A DNA stretch of 64,000 nucleotides from Raillietiella orientalis (GCA_036172245.1 JAYWIR010000001.1:5022001-5086000); one strand, 5' to 3'. Numbered from the stretch's first letter, positions 12,530 through 24,575 are shown. Notes: generated by a model from the sequence alone, not told the origin. Numbers and translations are program-made.

Positions 12530-13370
12530 GTGTGCGCGTTCATCCCTGAGGAAGCAAGGGTTCATCCCAAAACCCATGCTGCGACGCCCTCGGGGTCCCG
12601 TGGGAAAACCTCCCGGGGCACGGCCGGCAAAAAGGACCCTCCGTTTCCAGCCCGCGAGGAGATGAACTGGAAAATTCGGTTCCTCGCATCCTTCCCCCGA
12701 GGAAGGGAGGAAGAGAAAAGGACCGATCGCCACCGCCTTTTGATGTGCCAAAGCGCCAACTCTCTCTTCGGCAAAAAGAGGTCCCTGTGCGTAATTTGGG
12801 ACTTCGGTTTTGACGGAGAGGCAAGGATCCGACTTCTTTGTCGAACCAGTCCAGTCCTTGGTCGAGAGACCCCTTCGCACTGCAGGCTGCGCGAAAAATT
12901 CCCGTTTCCAAAGGAGCAACGAGACGAGGACGGGGAGGGGCGACGGAAGGGAAGAGGCATTGCGAAATGCCCGCGCGATGCTTCCTATTGGGATCCCGCA
13001 GACGTGCCCATCCGCAAGACGGAAGGTGTCCGGACGGCAAGGTAGCTGTGTCCGACCTGGAAGACGGGATCCGCGCCTTTTTTCTTCTTCTTTCCCCTCC
13101 TCCTCCCCCTCCCCTTCTACGAATCAAATAGGACAATCCATTGGCTTTGAGAGTGCAGGGGTTGAAGGAGCTGTCCGGGCTGCGCGAGGACGGAACGGGA
13201 CCTGTCCAGGGACTTGTTCGCGGAGGAGTGGCTTCTGGGCGTGGTGGACCCGTTCCATTATAATGCGACCAGCCTGCAGTTCCCCTTGAAGCGGACGTGG
13301 AAGAAGGCCTCCTTCAACAGGAACACCGGTTGTGCAATCAGCTCCACGGCTAAAATTATCCTGATGAAGA
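12530..13370 (+). mobile_element. Degraded L1/Tx1-like RT fragment
   Basis: FIPEEARVHP (LIPK-like), WDFGFDGEARIRLLCR..EKFPF (FGFG..IxLLY-like), LFAEEWLLGVVDP (LFADD..DP-like), TGCAISSTAKIIL (SGxxINxxKS-like), in correct order. Confidence 0.45.
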
Positions 13371-15109
13371 TGAGTGTTCCCTTCGCACCCCCCTTACTCC
13401 TCTTCCTTTCCTGCTCCTAACCGCCTCATCCTGGAAGTAAGGTGAGGCGATGTGGAAAGATCCGGTCAACTCTCCCGGGAACGCGTTCCAGAGGCTGCGG
13501 CGCCCCAACACCGTGTGTTACACAGGTCACTTCCGCCTGAATGGTGATGTCTTCACGGAGGCGTGACTAGCCCGAAGGGGCGGCCTTGAGTTGATGATAC
13601 GCGCGACCCTGGAGGCACAGGCAAACTCGTCTCCGAGCGCCTCGCCTGGGGCATCTTCCGAAAGCCCTGCGATGCCCCTCAGCTGCGTGCACCTGCAGTC
13701 CGTCTGCTGCCGAGACTTCAAGCCGTCCGGCGTCTTCATCTTCAGTCGAGGAGAGGTCAAGTTTTTCTCAGAGAGAGCAGGGGCTTCCTGTCTCGCCCCT
13801 TCGTGAAGACGCCTTTGTGCTGAAGTCCGGAGCAGCTCTCCTGGGACGGGAATGTGTTTTCAGGACCGACGTCTGGTTCACAGTCCTTCCTCTGTACGTC
13901 ACAGTAGCGCATATGTCGCCCGTCTTCGTGAGGACGTTGGGATGCCGGCCGTTGACCATCCGAGGTCTTCCCCTGGTAGGTGAGGGGGACAGTCCGACGA
14001 TCCTCATCCCCGACTGCTCGACTCGATACGGACAGACGTCTTCGAGCTAAGAGGGCTGGTAGTGAGCCTAGCACACCGCCACCTGGCCTCTTTCCCCCCT
14101 CTCCCTTCTCTCGACCCTCTCATCGTGACCGTGTCGTGTCTCTCGCCTTCCCTCATGAACAGGAGAGCAAGCAAAAAAAAAAAGGTCAGAGAAAGCTCCC
14201 GCGGACATCATTGCCTCGCTCCGAGGCCTTGCGTGACAGCGATGGCTCCAACAGGCGGTGATGCTGGGGGTTCACCCCCTGCCGCTGATTACAGTAGCAC
14301 CAACTGGAACCAGGGACTTCCGCCGCGAGGGAAGTGCAGCGGACCTTCGCTGCGCAGCGCCCATCGGTTTCACGCGCAGACTGCGCACGTCCCGCCTGCA
14401 GCGCGGAGGTTCGATCCACGTGCGGAGAGGCCTTCCCGGAAATCGAAGCGGAGAATTCCGGAACCGAATCTCCCCCTGACCTCCCTGGTGCAGCTGGCTC
14501 CTCCGCCTCGGGTGGCAGGGAGGGACAGCAGCCTTGTCTCTCTCCCCGGCCGTCCGGAGGGCTCCCCTCGGCATCTCCTGCGGCCGTTCCTCATGCTGCT
14601 GGGAATTCCGGCCTCTGCCGGCGCCGCAGTCGCAAATTGCTGCGCGGCGGAGCTCCGGCAGCGCCGGAGGGCGGTCATTCGCTCCACCCCAACAGTGAGG
14701 TGGAGAGTGGCCGCACGACCCCACCTCCGCCCCGAAGTCAACCCAGTCGTCGGTCCAGTGCTGCCACCCCGCTTTCGGTCTTGACGACGGTGCTGCAGAT
14801 TCAGCCGGGGGTAAGCCCGCCGCACTCGCTCGTGGACCGCTCTGACCAGGGAGAGCAGCGTTGGGGACTGCTTTCGTCCGCTTCACCTTCCGGATGATGC
14901 TGAGGATGGGGAAGGGGAACCCTGAGCAGGAACCGGCACCGAGTAGGGTGCCTCCCTGGTGGCAGACGGCCGGGAAAGAAAGGAGAAGTAATTCGCTCTC
15001 CCACCTCTTGCATCCTCCCACAACTTCCCGGACACGACGAGTGTTCCTCTCCCGTTGCTCCTTCATGCCGAGTACCTCCCAGTTCATGCGCTTATCTGTT
15101 TGCGTGTTT

Positions 15110-15770
15110 GCTTGCTTATGTATCTATTTATTTTATTTATTCATTCATTTATCAATTCATTTCTTTCTTTCTTTATGCATTCATTCATCTATTTATCTAC
15201 TCATTCATTTTTATACTTCTTTATTTATTTATTCACTTATCCATTCCTTTATTAATCCGCTTATTTATCCATTGGTTTATTTTGTATGAATGTACTTATT
15301 CGTTCGTTCATTCATTTATTTATTTATGCAATTATTTGTTAATTCATTCATTTATCTATTTATTCATTTATTTACTTTTTTATTTATTAATTCATTCATT
15401 CAATCATTGATTTATTTATCCATTCATTCATCCATGCATTTGTTTATTTATTTGTTTGTGTATGTATGTATGCTCTTATTTATTTATTCATTCATTCATA
15501 TCGATTTATTTATTTATTTATGTACTTTCTGTTCATTCATTTATTTTTCCTTTTATCTATTCATGCATTCATCTATGCATTTATTTATTTATTTATTTGT
15601 TTATGTATGCATGTATTAATTTACTCATTTATTAATTAATTTCTTTATTCATTCATTCATTTGTTTATTTATTTATTCTTTCATTTTTACTTGTTCATAT
15701 CTATCTGTATATATATTTGTTTATTTGTTTTTATGTATGTATTCATTTATTTATGTATTTATGTATTGTA
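15110..15770. repeat. Degenerate (TTTA/TTCA/TATG)n AT-rich microsatellite
   Basis: ~660 bp of tttattta/ttcattca tetranucleotide variants; accounts for the F/I/Y/H-rich ORFs. Confidence 0.95.
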
Positions 15771-16243
15771 CCTTCTCTAGTGCTACCGCCTGTTCCTCCG
15801 TGTCGAGTGCATCTTTCTCCAGGTCGAGCGTCGGCGTTCGACGGATGTCGCCTCCTGGGCGTGTCATAGCGTCTTCATCTCGGAATCACCGCGCAGCCGG
15901 GCTGCAGATCACCCCGGTCCCCTGCTGCGCTCATTCGTTCACCACCTCCGTCCTCCTTCCGCGAAGAACCATCGAGGAAGTGAGGATGGAGGCTCCCGGA
16001 AAGGCCTCCCCAGCGACCGTCTCCAGGCCAGCCCTCCTCCGTCTGGGATCGGAGGGGTTCCGGGAGCCACCACAGCAGGGAGGAGGGAGATGAACCGCGC
16101 GGTACTCTCCGCAACGTACTCCTCCTCAAAGCACCGCGCGACACCCCGCCGGCAAAGACGAGGTGAGACAAAACACGCCGCTGAAGAGACGGCCGCCGAA
16201 GAAACGATCGCTCGCGGGCCAAAAAAAAAAAAAGCCAAAAACA

Positions 16244-16267
16244 ACACACACACACACACACACACAC
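16244..16267. repeat. (AC)12 microsatellite
   Basis: Direct reading; preceded by an A run. Confidence 0.95.
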
Positions 16268-17309
16268 GAGAGTGAGAAATGACAAATTGACGGCGTTTGA
16301 ATTCTGTTTACCTGACATGTGAACCATCCATAATCGATTCCGGGAGTGATGTCTTTTCCTTTGTTCCTCCTCCTCGTCTTTATTTGCCGGGAGTCCCTGC
16401 CTCTTAGCCAGAGCGACATAATTTGTGGGGGTTTCAGCATGCCAAACGGGAACGCATGGCGAACGCGGGAGGCCGCAGCCTCCGGTTTCGGAGAGGACGA
16501 TCAATCATAGCGCCGTGATTTCCGATCGCAGGGCGTCTTCTCCAGCATTCGGCTACCACGAAGGAATCGGTTCTTCCATCTCGCCGTGCGCATGGCCGTG
16601 GAACACGCGAGGCGACCACTGAGCCGTGCTTTTTCTTCTTCTGCTTCTTGCTTTTCTCCTTTTACTCGGAATCCATCGTCGGTATCGCTTAGCGGTCATC
16701 TAAAGACCGCCAGGCGCTTTTCCTGGATACTCGACCGGCAGCAACGAAGACAGGGAAAAGGCCAAAAATACCAGGAGAGCGATGACTTCGATTTCCGAGG
16801 ATCCGGCCCGTGGGTCCTGCTCCTCCGCCTGATCTGCCCCGCTCCCTTCCCGAAGGCTCCAGCAACATCTCTGGGACGAGATCATCGGCAAAGAGCGGTT
16901 GCTTGGAAACAGTTCGAGGATGCGGTTACTGCTGGAACCTGATCGCATCGATATGAAGAAGCATCATTCTTTTTTTATTATTAATAATTTAAAATTAATT
17001 CAACTTTTCGAAATCGTCCGATGATTTTAAATGGCGTGATCCACCAAGGTCCCCTTTGCACCTTGGTGTATCACAGCGACTGCAGAGGCGGATCCAGAAC
17101 TAGGCGGCAAGCCGGGTCTTCGGGAAAACTCCCATGCCTGCCTGCCTGCCTGCAGAGGCAGCAGAGCACGCCGGATCGCGAGGATCGCCTTCATCACCAT
17201 CCTGTCCTCATCTGCATGCAAAACCGGGTTGCATCCGAGAGGAAGACCTCAGGGCCGTTGAAACCAGACAACTGACAGTTGCACAAAGAACCTGCCGGCG
17301 GTCCTCCAG

Positions 17310-17710
17310 GAGGCACAAATCCGAAAGCCTGACACGGGATCGGATCTTATTTGGAACTAATGATGAATCTCCTCTCAAAACACCGAATTCCGGGAATAAT
17401 GAGGGTGATCCAGGGACGCTGCAGCCTGGCTGCTTTCGCTGCTTGCCAACCGAAACGGCGGGTAATCGATGAGCGACCCAGAGTGTACTTGGCAAACAGG
17501 ATTTTCCTTCGGACGCCGGCGGCTGTTCTCAGCTGCAGACGAAACTGAAGTCGGCCTCCGTTTCCCGTTTCGCTTGTCGCCATCGCTGATAAATGTAAAC
17601 GCAGCCTCCCTCTTGGTTGTCTTCTTGCAAGGCAAGGTCAGCGTGTTCTTCCTTCTCTTGGACTAAGACTTGTGAGCTCACTCTTCGCAACCGAAGTCAG
17701 CGCACTGAAA
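17310..17710 (+). mobile_element. Degraded non-LTR RT fragment (RTE-like)
   Basis: KA*HGI..LLSKHRIPGIMRVI, then ETEVGLRFPFRLSPSLINV (GLRQGxxLSPxLFN-like), then SLFATEV (LFADD-like), in correct order. Confidence 0.5.
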
Positions 17711-18001
17711 GGAAGTAGTGCCGGAGGTCCCTTCCTCTTGTTCACTCAGGGACGGAACTGTCTCTTTGGCGTGCATGTAGGAAGCTGGAACTTCTTTTAG
17801 CGGATGCTTTGTCCTATGGAGCATCCTCACGTACCCTTCGGCCATCCTCCAAATGCAAACCGGCGCGATGGATGTTTAAAAACAGGGCTTCTTCGATCTG
17901 CAGCCGTCGATCTCTGGCGGATTCGCCTCGTAGTTGCACTGAGTGTGCATAAATATATACATATATATATATACACATGTACACACAGATTTTATTTGAC
18001 G

Positions 18002-18142
18002 CCCCCGCCGATGCCCTTCCGCGTGCTCGCTCGCGACAGGAGAAAAGCAAGCTCCAAAAGTCCCGTCCACTTTCAAAAAGTAATTTAGCATACTGGCCAC
18101 CAGATAGATGGGGCATCAGATATTAATCAGATAAGAACAGAT
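18002..18142 (-). pseudogene. U2: 5'-truncated U2 snRNA pseudogene (starts at U2 nt ~38)
   Basis: Minus strand ATCTGTTCTTATCTGATTAATATCTGAT..TGCTAAATTACTTTTTGAAAGTGGACGG..GGAGCTTGCT..CTGTCGCG matches U2 stem IIa, the Sm-site region and stem-loop III (GCTTGCT). Good match down to ~18030, weak to ~18002. The 5' end with the branch-point recognition sequence is absent. Confidence 0.9.
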
Positions 18143-18830
18143 GTATTTTAAGTATTTCTGCATTCGTACATGAAAAGATGAAGTGAATGGCTCTGCTCTA
18201 TCTCTCTCGCTTCCACTGACAGGTTCTTCGCTTTTCAACAGTTTGATGAGAGACTTCCTTCCTTTGCAGCTGTTTTTCTTCTCTTCGTGGATTGATGGCG
18301 TCGTCCAGAGGATGTCATAGACGGTGGGTCCAGTAGATATCCCTGCTGTATCAGATGCATAAGACCATCTTCAAGTGCCTCCTTCTCTCCGCAAAACCGC
18401 TTCGGAGTACCCAACTCCCGAAAGATCCCATCGTTCCGTGGGTCCCAGGTTCCTGACGCGCTTACGATTATTGCTCTTACTTCAGCCTCAGCAGTAAGGC
18501 GATCTCATGGTACTTCTCTTTTTTCGTTCTTGCGAGGCCGAATACCTCTTCGGTGTTGTCGAAGGGACGGGGACTTCAAGGATGACCATCTTATTCGCCT
18601 TCTGCAGCACTAGATCGGACCTTGGAATCATATCCAGGTGCCATTTTGTTTGCCGACATTAGCTTCTATCCCGCGGTATCCTTTGCCACTGCCAACAGTC
18701 TTGTTGCTATAGCATCGTGTCTCGCTGTGTATAGGGGAGAGTGCCTCTACAGTGATTCAAAACATGAGGTAGGGTCTCATCCCAGGCTGCGCAGCGGCAG
18801 CTCGATCAGGATGCTCAAAAAGTGCCCATC
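18143..18830 (-). mobile_element. 5'-truncated RLE-type non-LTR retrotransposon (Utopia-like): CCHC finger + restriction-like endonuclease + 3' UTR, frameshifted
   Basis: Across frameshifts: CRCAAWDETLPHVLNHC (18799-18749), YTARHDAIATRL, RSDLVLQKANKMVILEV (RPD..D motif, ~18622), FDNTEEVFGLARTKKEKYHEIA, AIIVSASGTWDPRNDGIFRELG (~18470-18410), YSRDIYWTHRL* (stop 18315-18317). Then ~170 bp UTR ending AAAATAC directly at the U2 fragment. Confidence 0.85.
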
Positions 18831-19099
18831 GACTCTTATCTAGCTGTTTGCAATCTTTGTCCCCTATTTCCTGTATCCCCTGGTCGGCGACAAAGCTGAG
18901 GAAGCCATGCATGGCCAGAGGACACTGGAGGAGCCACTGCTGGCATGGTGACGGAATGTCGCGACGCCGAAGCCCTCCGGGAGCGATCGTGCTCACGCGA
19001 GGTGCCGTCTTCCATAACCACGCAGAGCAGCAGCGAACAGAAAAGGGAAACGGGAAACGAATTTCCGCGCCCGAGAACTGCCAAGAGCGTGCCGCGCAA

Positions 19100-21180
19100 G
19101 TCGCGAAGATGCGTGCGTACGGGGACGGCGGGGCAGCTGCGGACAGAGAGAGACGCCTGCGACCCCTTCCGCAAACATGCTGAATTGGGAACCGCCTCAG
19201 CCCTTCCTGAGCTTTCAAATCGGAACGAGGAATCGGGGACTTCGGAAAGGTCCCTCTGCGTGCAGGGACTCCACGCGGAGCAAGCAGCACACGATGCCAT
19301 TGCACGTTTCGTGACGCGTCCACGACGCTCCGTCAAGTTCGTTGTGGTGAAGTGCGGGGCGGCTGCGTTCAGCTCGCCAAGTCGCAGGCTGTCCGTTCCT
19401 GCTTGCGCGAACCGTAGCACCTGAAAGAAAAAGCGCTGATGCAGCGGGACATCCATCCGGGATCTTGGAGTCTCATTTAGCCATGTTTTCGGTTTGAGAC
19501 AAAGTTTTTTGGGAAACGGGCGGCTGCTCGGGAGCAGCCCGAGCCACTCGGTGGCGCAGAGAAGAAGGAATGTCCGATCGGGTCGCCTTCCCGACAAGTT
19601 TAGTTGGGAACTTTTGACTCTGTTGCTCGGGAAACAGCATGCTCCTCCTCAGAGAAGTTCACCAAGTGGAGCATTACTAGATTCAGGAAAGTCCGTCGGG
19701 ATTTTCTTTTTGGAAAAAACCGTCTGAACATACGCATCTGTGTCGATCTCTGAATCTGGTGACGTCATCAGAAAGTGTATTTCGTTTGGCCCGGTCTTTT
19801 TTCCCTGCAACCCGCGCATCCGAGTTTCTGGAAGGCGCTGCAAACTTCGAAGGAGCTTTCTGGAGATGAAATTCTCACAGCGCTGTATACTGACTGTATG
19901 GGGATGATTAGGGGGCCATGCGAAGCCCTCAAAATTGCCGATTCGTCTGGTGGCCAAAAGAGCGATTGCGCTGCAAAGCCAGTCGGGCCCCCTCCCGGTC
20001 ACAGAACGAGCAGAGTTGTCGTGAAACGGCTTCCCTGGAGACCAATTTTCAGATTTAACCGAATCTCCGACGTTTTGAGGGCGAAAGGATTTGCTATAAA
20101 CTTCGATTCATGTGTCCAAGGACGACGAACCCAACCCGGAAGTGCGGCGCTGAATGCAAACAAGATCGAACGTGCAGCAACGCACCAGGATGAAATTCTG
20201 TCGCAGATCGGACGAGCTGCTCTGCTGGTCTGCTGTTCCAGCCCGCTCCCCGATCGCGGCACGTCCAAACTCGCTAAGAAAACGCGAACCCAGACGTCAC
20301 TCTTGCTCTTCCTCGATGGTTCCAATCTGAGCACCGTTCGAAATATCTGAAGCACCCTCACGCACATATTCTTACTGGGATTTTCGTGGATCTTACGTGG
20401 ATCATTCTTACAGGGATTTTCGTGCAGGGGAAGAATGGCTTCGTCTTGTACCATTAGAAAGCTTCTCTGCGCCGATTCTTCCTCCATACAGAGCCGCGTT
20501 CGGATGCCTTCTTACGCGGCCTGCCTCCACGAAAGTGAGCAGTAGTCCTTGCTAATCCGGGAGAAGAGATCCCGAGAAAAAAGCTCTCGATCGGGAAAAG
20601 CAGCAAGCCGTACAGGAGGAAGGAACGTGAAAAATGCATTAGCACTTTCCCTGCTTCGCACCTCAGCCTTCACTTCAGTCACGGTAGTGGAAATTCTCCG
20701 CTGGCTCTCTGGAGCCATTCTCAAATGGTCGGCCACCACTGAGGTGCATCTCCGGCAGCGTGGAACGGGACAAGAAATTTCTCCGCTTTTCGAAGGCAGC
20801 CGGATACCACGCTCCTGTGGCGCAGAAGTCGCCTTTGGGAACGCCGAGGAACTTGAAGTACCTACCCTTCCAGGGACACTCCCGCTGGGACGCCTGTTTG
20901 CTCTCACTCCCGCTCCCCGGAGGATCAACTCGAAGAAATCCTCGAGCTTGGTCTTCTTGGGAATTTTCGGAATAGCAGGAGGTACAGTTCATCCGCACAG
21001 GCCGCCATGGCGGGCGTGAACGGGCAGGACGTGGGCAGGTTGATCAGCTTTGTCCTCCGCCCACTGAGCACCAACTCGAAGTAGACACTGGACAAGATTC
21101 CTCGCCTGGCCACGACGGAGAGTTTGTTTAATAATAATAATAAAGCAGTTGGAAACGTGCTGGTTCTCAACCAAAGACAA
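19100..21180 (-). mobile_element. Highly degraded APE/RT-like non-LTR fragment
   Basis: IIIIKQT (21121-21141), GDFCA (20819-20833), KKTGPNEI (~19790), FSKKKIPTDF (~19700), KGSQASLSV..HLRDL (~19160-19100). Each match is weak, but they are in LINE order. Confidence 0.3.
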
Positions 21181-22434
21181 AAGCGGTTCAAGGGGAAGAC
21201 CCACCGACGCGAAGGTTCGGACATCTGGGACAATAAACGGAGTAACAGAATGGGGAAGGTTGTGAGGACACGGACCTCTAGTTAGTTCCTTTCTTTCTGG
21301 AAAAGCAGGAATAAAACGGGCGACATCTGGAACGGACAGGAAGGGACAAAAATAAATACAGAAATAAACAGAAATGACGAATATTTCAATGGACCAGGGA
21401 GCACGTTTCATCTTCGTAACAAAGAAGGAGAACTGCTTTTACATTCCTCACACCAGGAAGGAGGAGGGTGCATCTGAGTGACTGGACATCGGAGAACAAT
21501 TATCAGCTTGAGTCACGAGGCCAAGGAGGACCGGTAGCTCTTCCCAACGACCTGCTGGTGTTTCCTTCCTTTTTCAGGATGGCGCTCCTTTTTTAGCGGA
21601 ACATTTTGTGAACCAGTTCTGAGTTGCCGTCGCAACTTTGGAATTTCCGCCGCTCGGTACGTCCAGTGACTACTCTGCCACGTGTCCGATATGCGCGCAC
21701 TCTTCAGAAAGGAGGACAGGAAGACGCCTCCATCGAACAACGAATCCTTGAAGAAAAACTCATTCGGTTAATTGGCCGGCGTTTCTGTGTGTTCCGAAGA
21801 AACCACGTGGATGCAGAACCGTTCGCTTTTCTAAAACAGGAAGTCTAGATCAGCTGATTCCGTCTTTCTCTTGCAGTGGATCTGCTTGCCGGGTGCGGGA
21901 GGCGGCACTCCTCAAAGAGCGTTCCATTCGCCTTCTACTGACATGCCTTTCCCTTTCATTCGGATGCACAAGGATGCAAACTCCTTCACCGGACCGAAAG
22001 GCAGCCTCCGCTACGACTACTCCCGAGGCTTCTTGAGCGCCCCCCGTTTCGGATCCATCTCACGGATGTCGGGCATCCAGCTCTCGGACGCGCATCACGA
22101 TCCGAGTCAAAGAGGTCTGGCCTCCAGCGCGCAATCCTGGCAACGCGTCCTGGAAAACCTAGCAGCGGGTGACATGGAAAAGTGCATTATGTGCGTGGCA
22201 ACGGCAGCCAGCAACCGAACGTCATCCCCGCGGTTCCAAATCCTTCCCTTGGCCTATGCGATCCTTCCAGGGCTCACTCCATTCTTTTTCTTCGAGAATC
22301 CCAGGCAGAAAAAAAAAAAAAAAAAAAAGTCATGCAGCTTCACAGTGTGCTAAACGGACCGATCTCCGAGGGGATATTCCCGCATTCCTGCTTACACTTT
22401 CAGCGTTTCCGCAAACCTCACGTTCGGAACGAAA

Positions 22435-22471
22435 TCCTTCACTCGGGAATAGCTCATTCCCGAGTGAAGGA
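22435..22471. repeat. Perfect hairpin: 16-bp arms, 5-nt loop
   Basis: tccttcactcgggaat-agctc-attcccgagtgaagga. Confidence 0.93.
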
Positions 22472-23224
22472 CCTGTTCTCGTGCCGCTTTCCCTTCTCGA
22501 TGACCAAACGCAGCACATCTCGTCTCGGAAAAAAGGAAGGTGCTTCGAACATTTCGTTCCCGCAAGCCTTCCCGATCGCACGGAGAAATTCTAGCCGTTT
22601 TCAATGCTCCCCCTGCTGAAAAGAGCTTGGTGGGAGCTCGCAGGTTCTAAATCGGATGGGGTCCTAAATTTTCATTAGCTTGAGCAGTCCCTCGAAGAAT
22701 AGAGATTGGAATGCTCTCCAAGAATGGAGCGCATCCAAAAATAGCAGCTGACGACAGACTGTCTCAAACTGTTACCGTCAACATCCTGCTTTAATAAATG
22801 TCTTTCATTCTCTCCTTTCCCATTCCTCCTGAGTGCCGCGTCGGAACCTGATCAGGGAGGGACCTCGAAACAAGCCCGCCCGAGCCACTGGGACGCTGAT
22901 TTGACGCAGTTCCTATACAGCACCGCTCTTCGGTATCCTTCACCGCCCGACCCCTCTGCGAAAGAGATGGTCGGCTCCCTCTTTACTCGTGACGTGGAGT
23001 TTAGGTCTTGGCCCGCCGGCTCGTGGCGCATCACTCACGCTTTGTCGATGGCTTTCGAATCCGTTTCCTTCTCCCCAAATAATCTTTGTCAGCTGTCGCC
23101 ATTTGCTCTGCGGCCCATTTTTCTCAAACTCCAGGTTCATCAAATTCCTCTCAGAGACAAAACCAACGCTGGAAGTTGTCTGAGCAAGTGTCCGTCGAAA
23201 AAGGCTCACTCTGCTGGTACGAGC

Positions 23225-23271
23225 GGGATCAGTACTCATCATGGAACTCGTCCATGATGAGTACTGATCCC
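23225..23271. repeat. Perfect hairpin: 21-bp arms, 5-nt loop
   Basis: gggatcagtactcatcatgga-actcg-tccatgatgagtactgatccc. Confidence 0.96.
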
Positions 23272-23439
23272 CTTCGAGTCCCTGCAGCAACATAGGAACG
23301 TAAGATAAGAAATCTCTGAACGTCTGTGGAGTTTTGCAACGAGTGTGTGGACCTGGATCAGTCTCGTTCGACTGAGCACTGGGGCAGACAACGCTTCACT
23401 AAGCTTCTGAAAGCGAGATGCATAGGAAGGAAAGATATC

Positions 23440-23930
23440 GACAGCCATATAGTGCAATAGTCATACATCCAAGAAACACTAGTGTACTTGGCATTCCTCC
23501 AGTCCAGAATCTGAAGTGGTGCCTCGTGATTCTTCAAACTACCGGCAAACGATGACTGCTCCATGAGGAAACACAAATCTAAATCCTTCGCTTCCTTATC
23601 CCGAAAGATACATTTTCACGTTTATTCGACGGATGGATGCGTTTGTTCCTGACCCAGGCCTCAGTAATGATAAACAGCCTGCGACGAAACATCTCGTCTG
23701 CCAAACGTTTGATACCAGTTGTGCAGCAGTGTGTTTGGACGAGATTCCTATGGATGCAACATGCGGAATCCCATTCCGGAACAGCTGGTTCTTGAATATT
23801 TTCACGATTTGGGAGTCTTCCAGCCCGTGATCGGTAACGATTTGCACCAAAGGTACAAGAATTCGCCCGGTTCGGTTGCATATTCCGTTCTGAAAGCACT
23901 GGATTGACATGACAGAGCACATTTCATTTC
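23440..23930 (-). mobile_element. Degraded CR1/L2-like RT fragment
   Basis: SIQCFQNG (QHGF-like), LEDSQIVKIF..GIPH, EAWVRNKR (WLxNRxQ-like), FPHGAVI (VPQGSVL-like), MYDYCTI (ADD region). Confidence 0.4.
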
Positions 23931-24164
23931 TTTTTACCATGGTCATTCCAATTCTCCTTTTCTGTTGCTGTTGTTATTAATTTTTGGTTCAGTCCTGAGT
24001 CTTTTACAGCTGTGCTAATCCAAACTCTGAAAAGCTAATCCAAACTTCTTTTTTTTTTTTTTTATCATTAAAAGCAAGAGAGAACACTCCAATTTGGGCT
24101 TCGTCATTTGGTGAGCATTTATGACCTTATATTTCTTGCATCGTCTGTATTTTATCATCTGTTT

Positions 24165-24250
24165 CTCTATCTAGCTAACCATCTATCTATCTACATAGAT
24201 ATCCATTCTCCCATCTATCTGTATAGATGGACAGATAGATAGATAGATAC
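24165..24250. repeat. Degenerate (TCTA)n/(TAGA)n microsatellite
   Basis: atctatctatct followed by agatagatagatagat. Confidence 0.85.
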
Positions 24251-24281
24251 ATGCATGCGTACGCACACGTACATTGAGATG

Positions 24282-24575
24282 CAGGAAGGAAGATGTGATG
24301 GTCACTGGGCGCGAGGTCAGTACTGTTAGATGGGTGGGTGATCAGAAAGTTTCCATATGAATTTCTGAATTGTCTGGAATATGCGGACAGCATGTGTTGC
24401 CAAGGCGCGCGTTGTCGTTGAGAACGACCATTCCTGATCTCAGCATCCCACTTCTTCAGTTCTGGATGCACGCCCCAGTTTTGAAAGGCTTTCACAGGAG
24501 AACTGCGAAGTGATGGTTGCTCCAGGCTCCATAAAGTCCACCAAAAGAGCATCCTTTTGGTCCCAGACACTGCTG
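24282..24575 (-). mobile_element. mariner (Tc1/mariner superfamily) transposase fossil, catalytic-domain fragment
   Basis: VWDQKDALLVDFMEPGATITSQFSCESLSKLGRA (FWDxxG.LL.DF..G.TI....YC..L.KL.RA), MVVLNDNAR (LLHDNAR) and HPSNSTDLAPSDHHIF (HPPYSPDLAPSDxHxF), in different frames. No TIRs recognised. Confidence 0.85.

Noticed and set aside
14861-15619. Hydrophobic, membrane-like ORFs
   Set aside because: Artefacts of the (TTTA/TTCA)n microsatellite.
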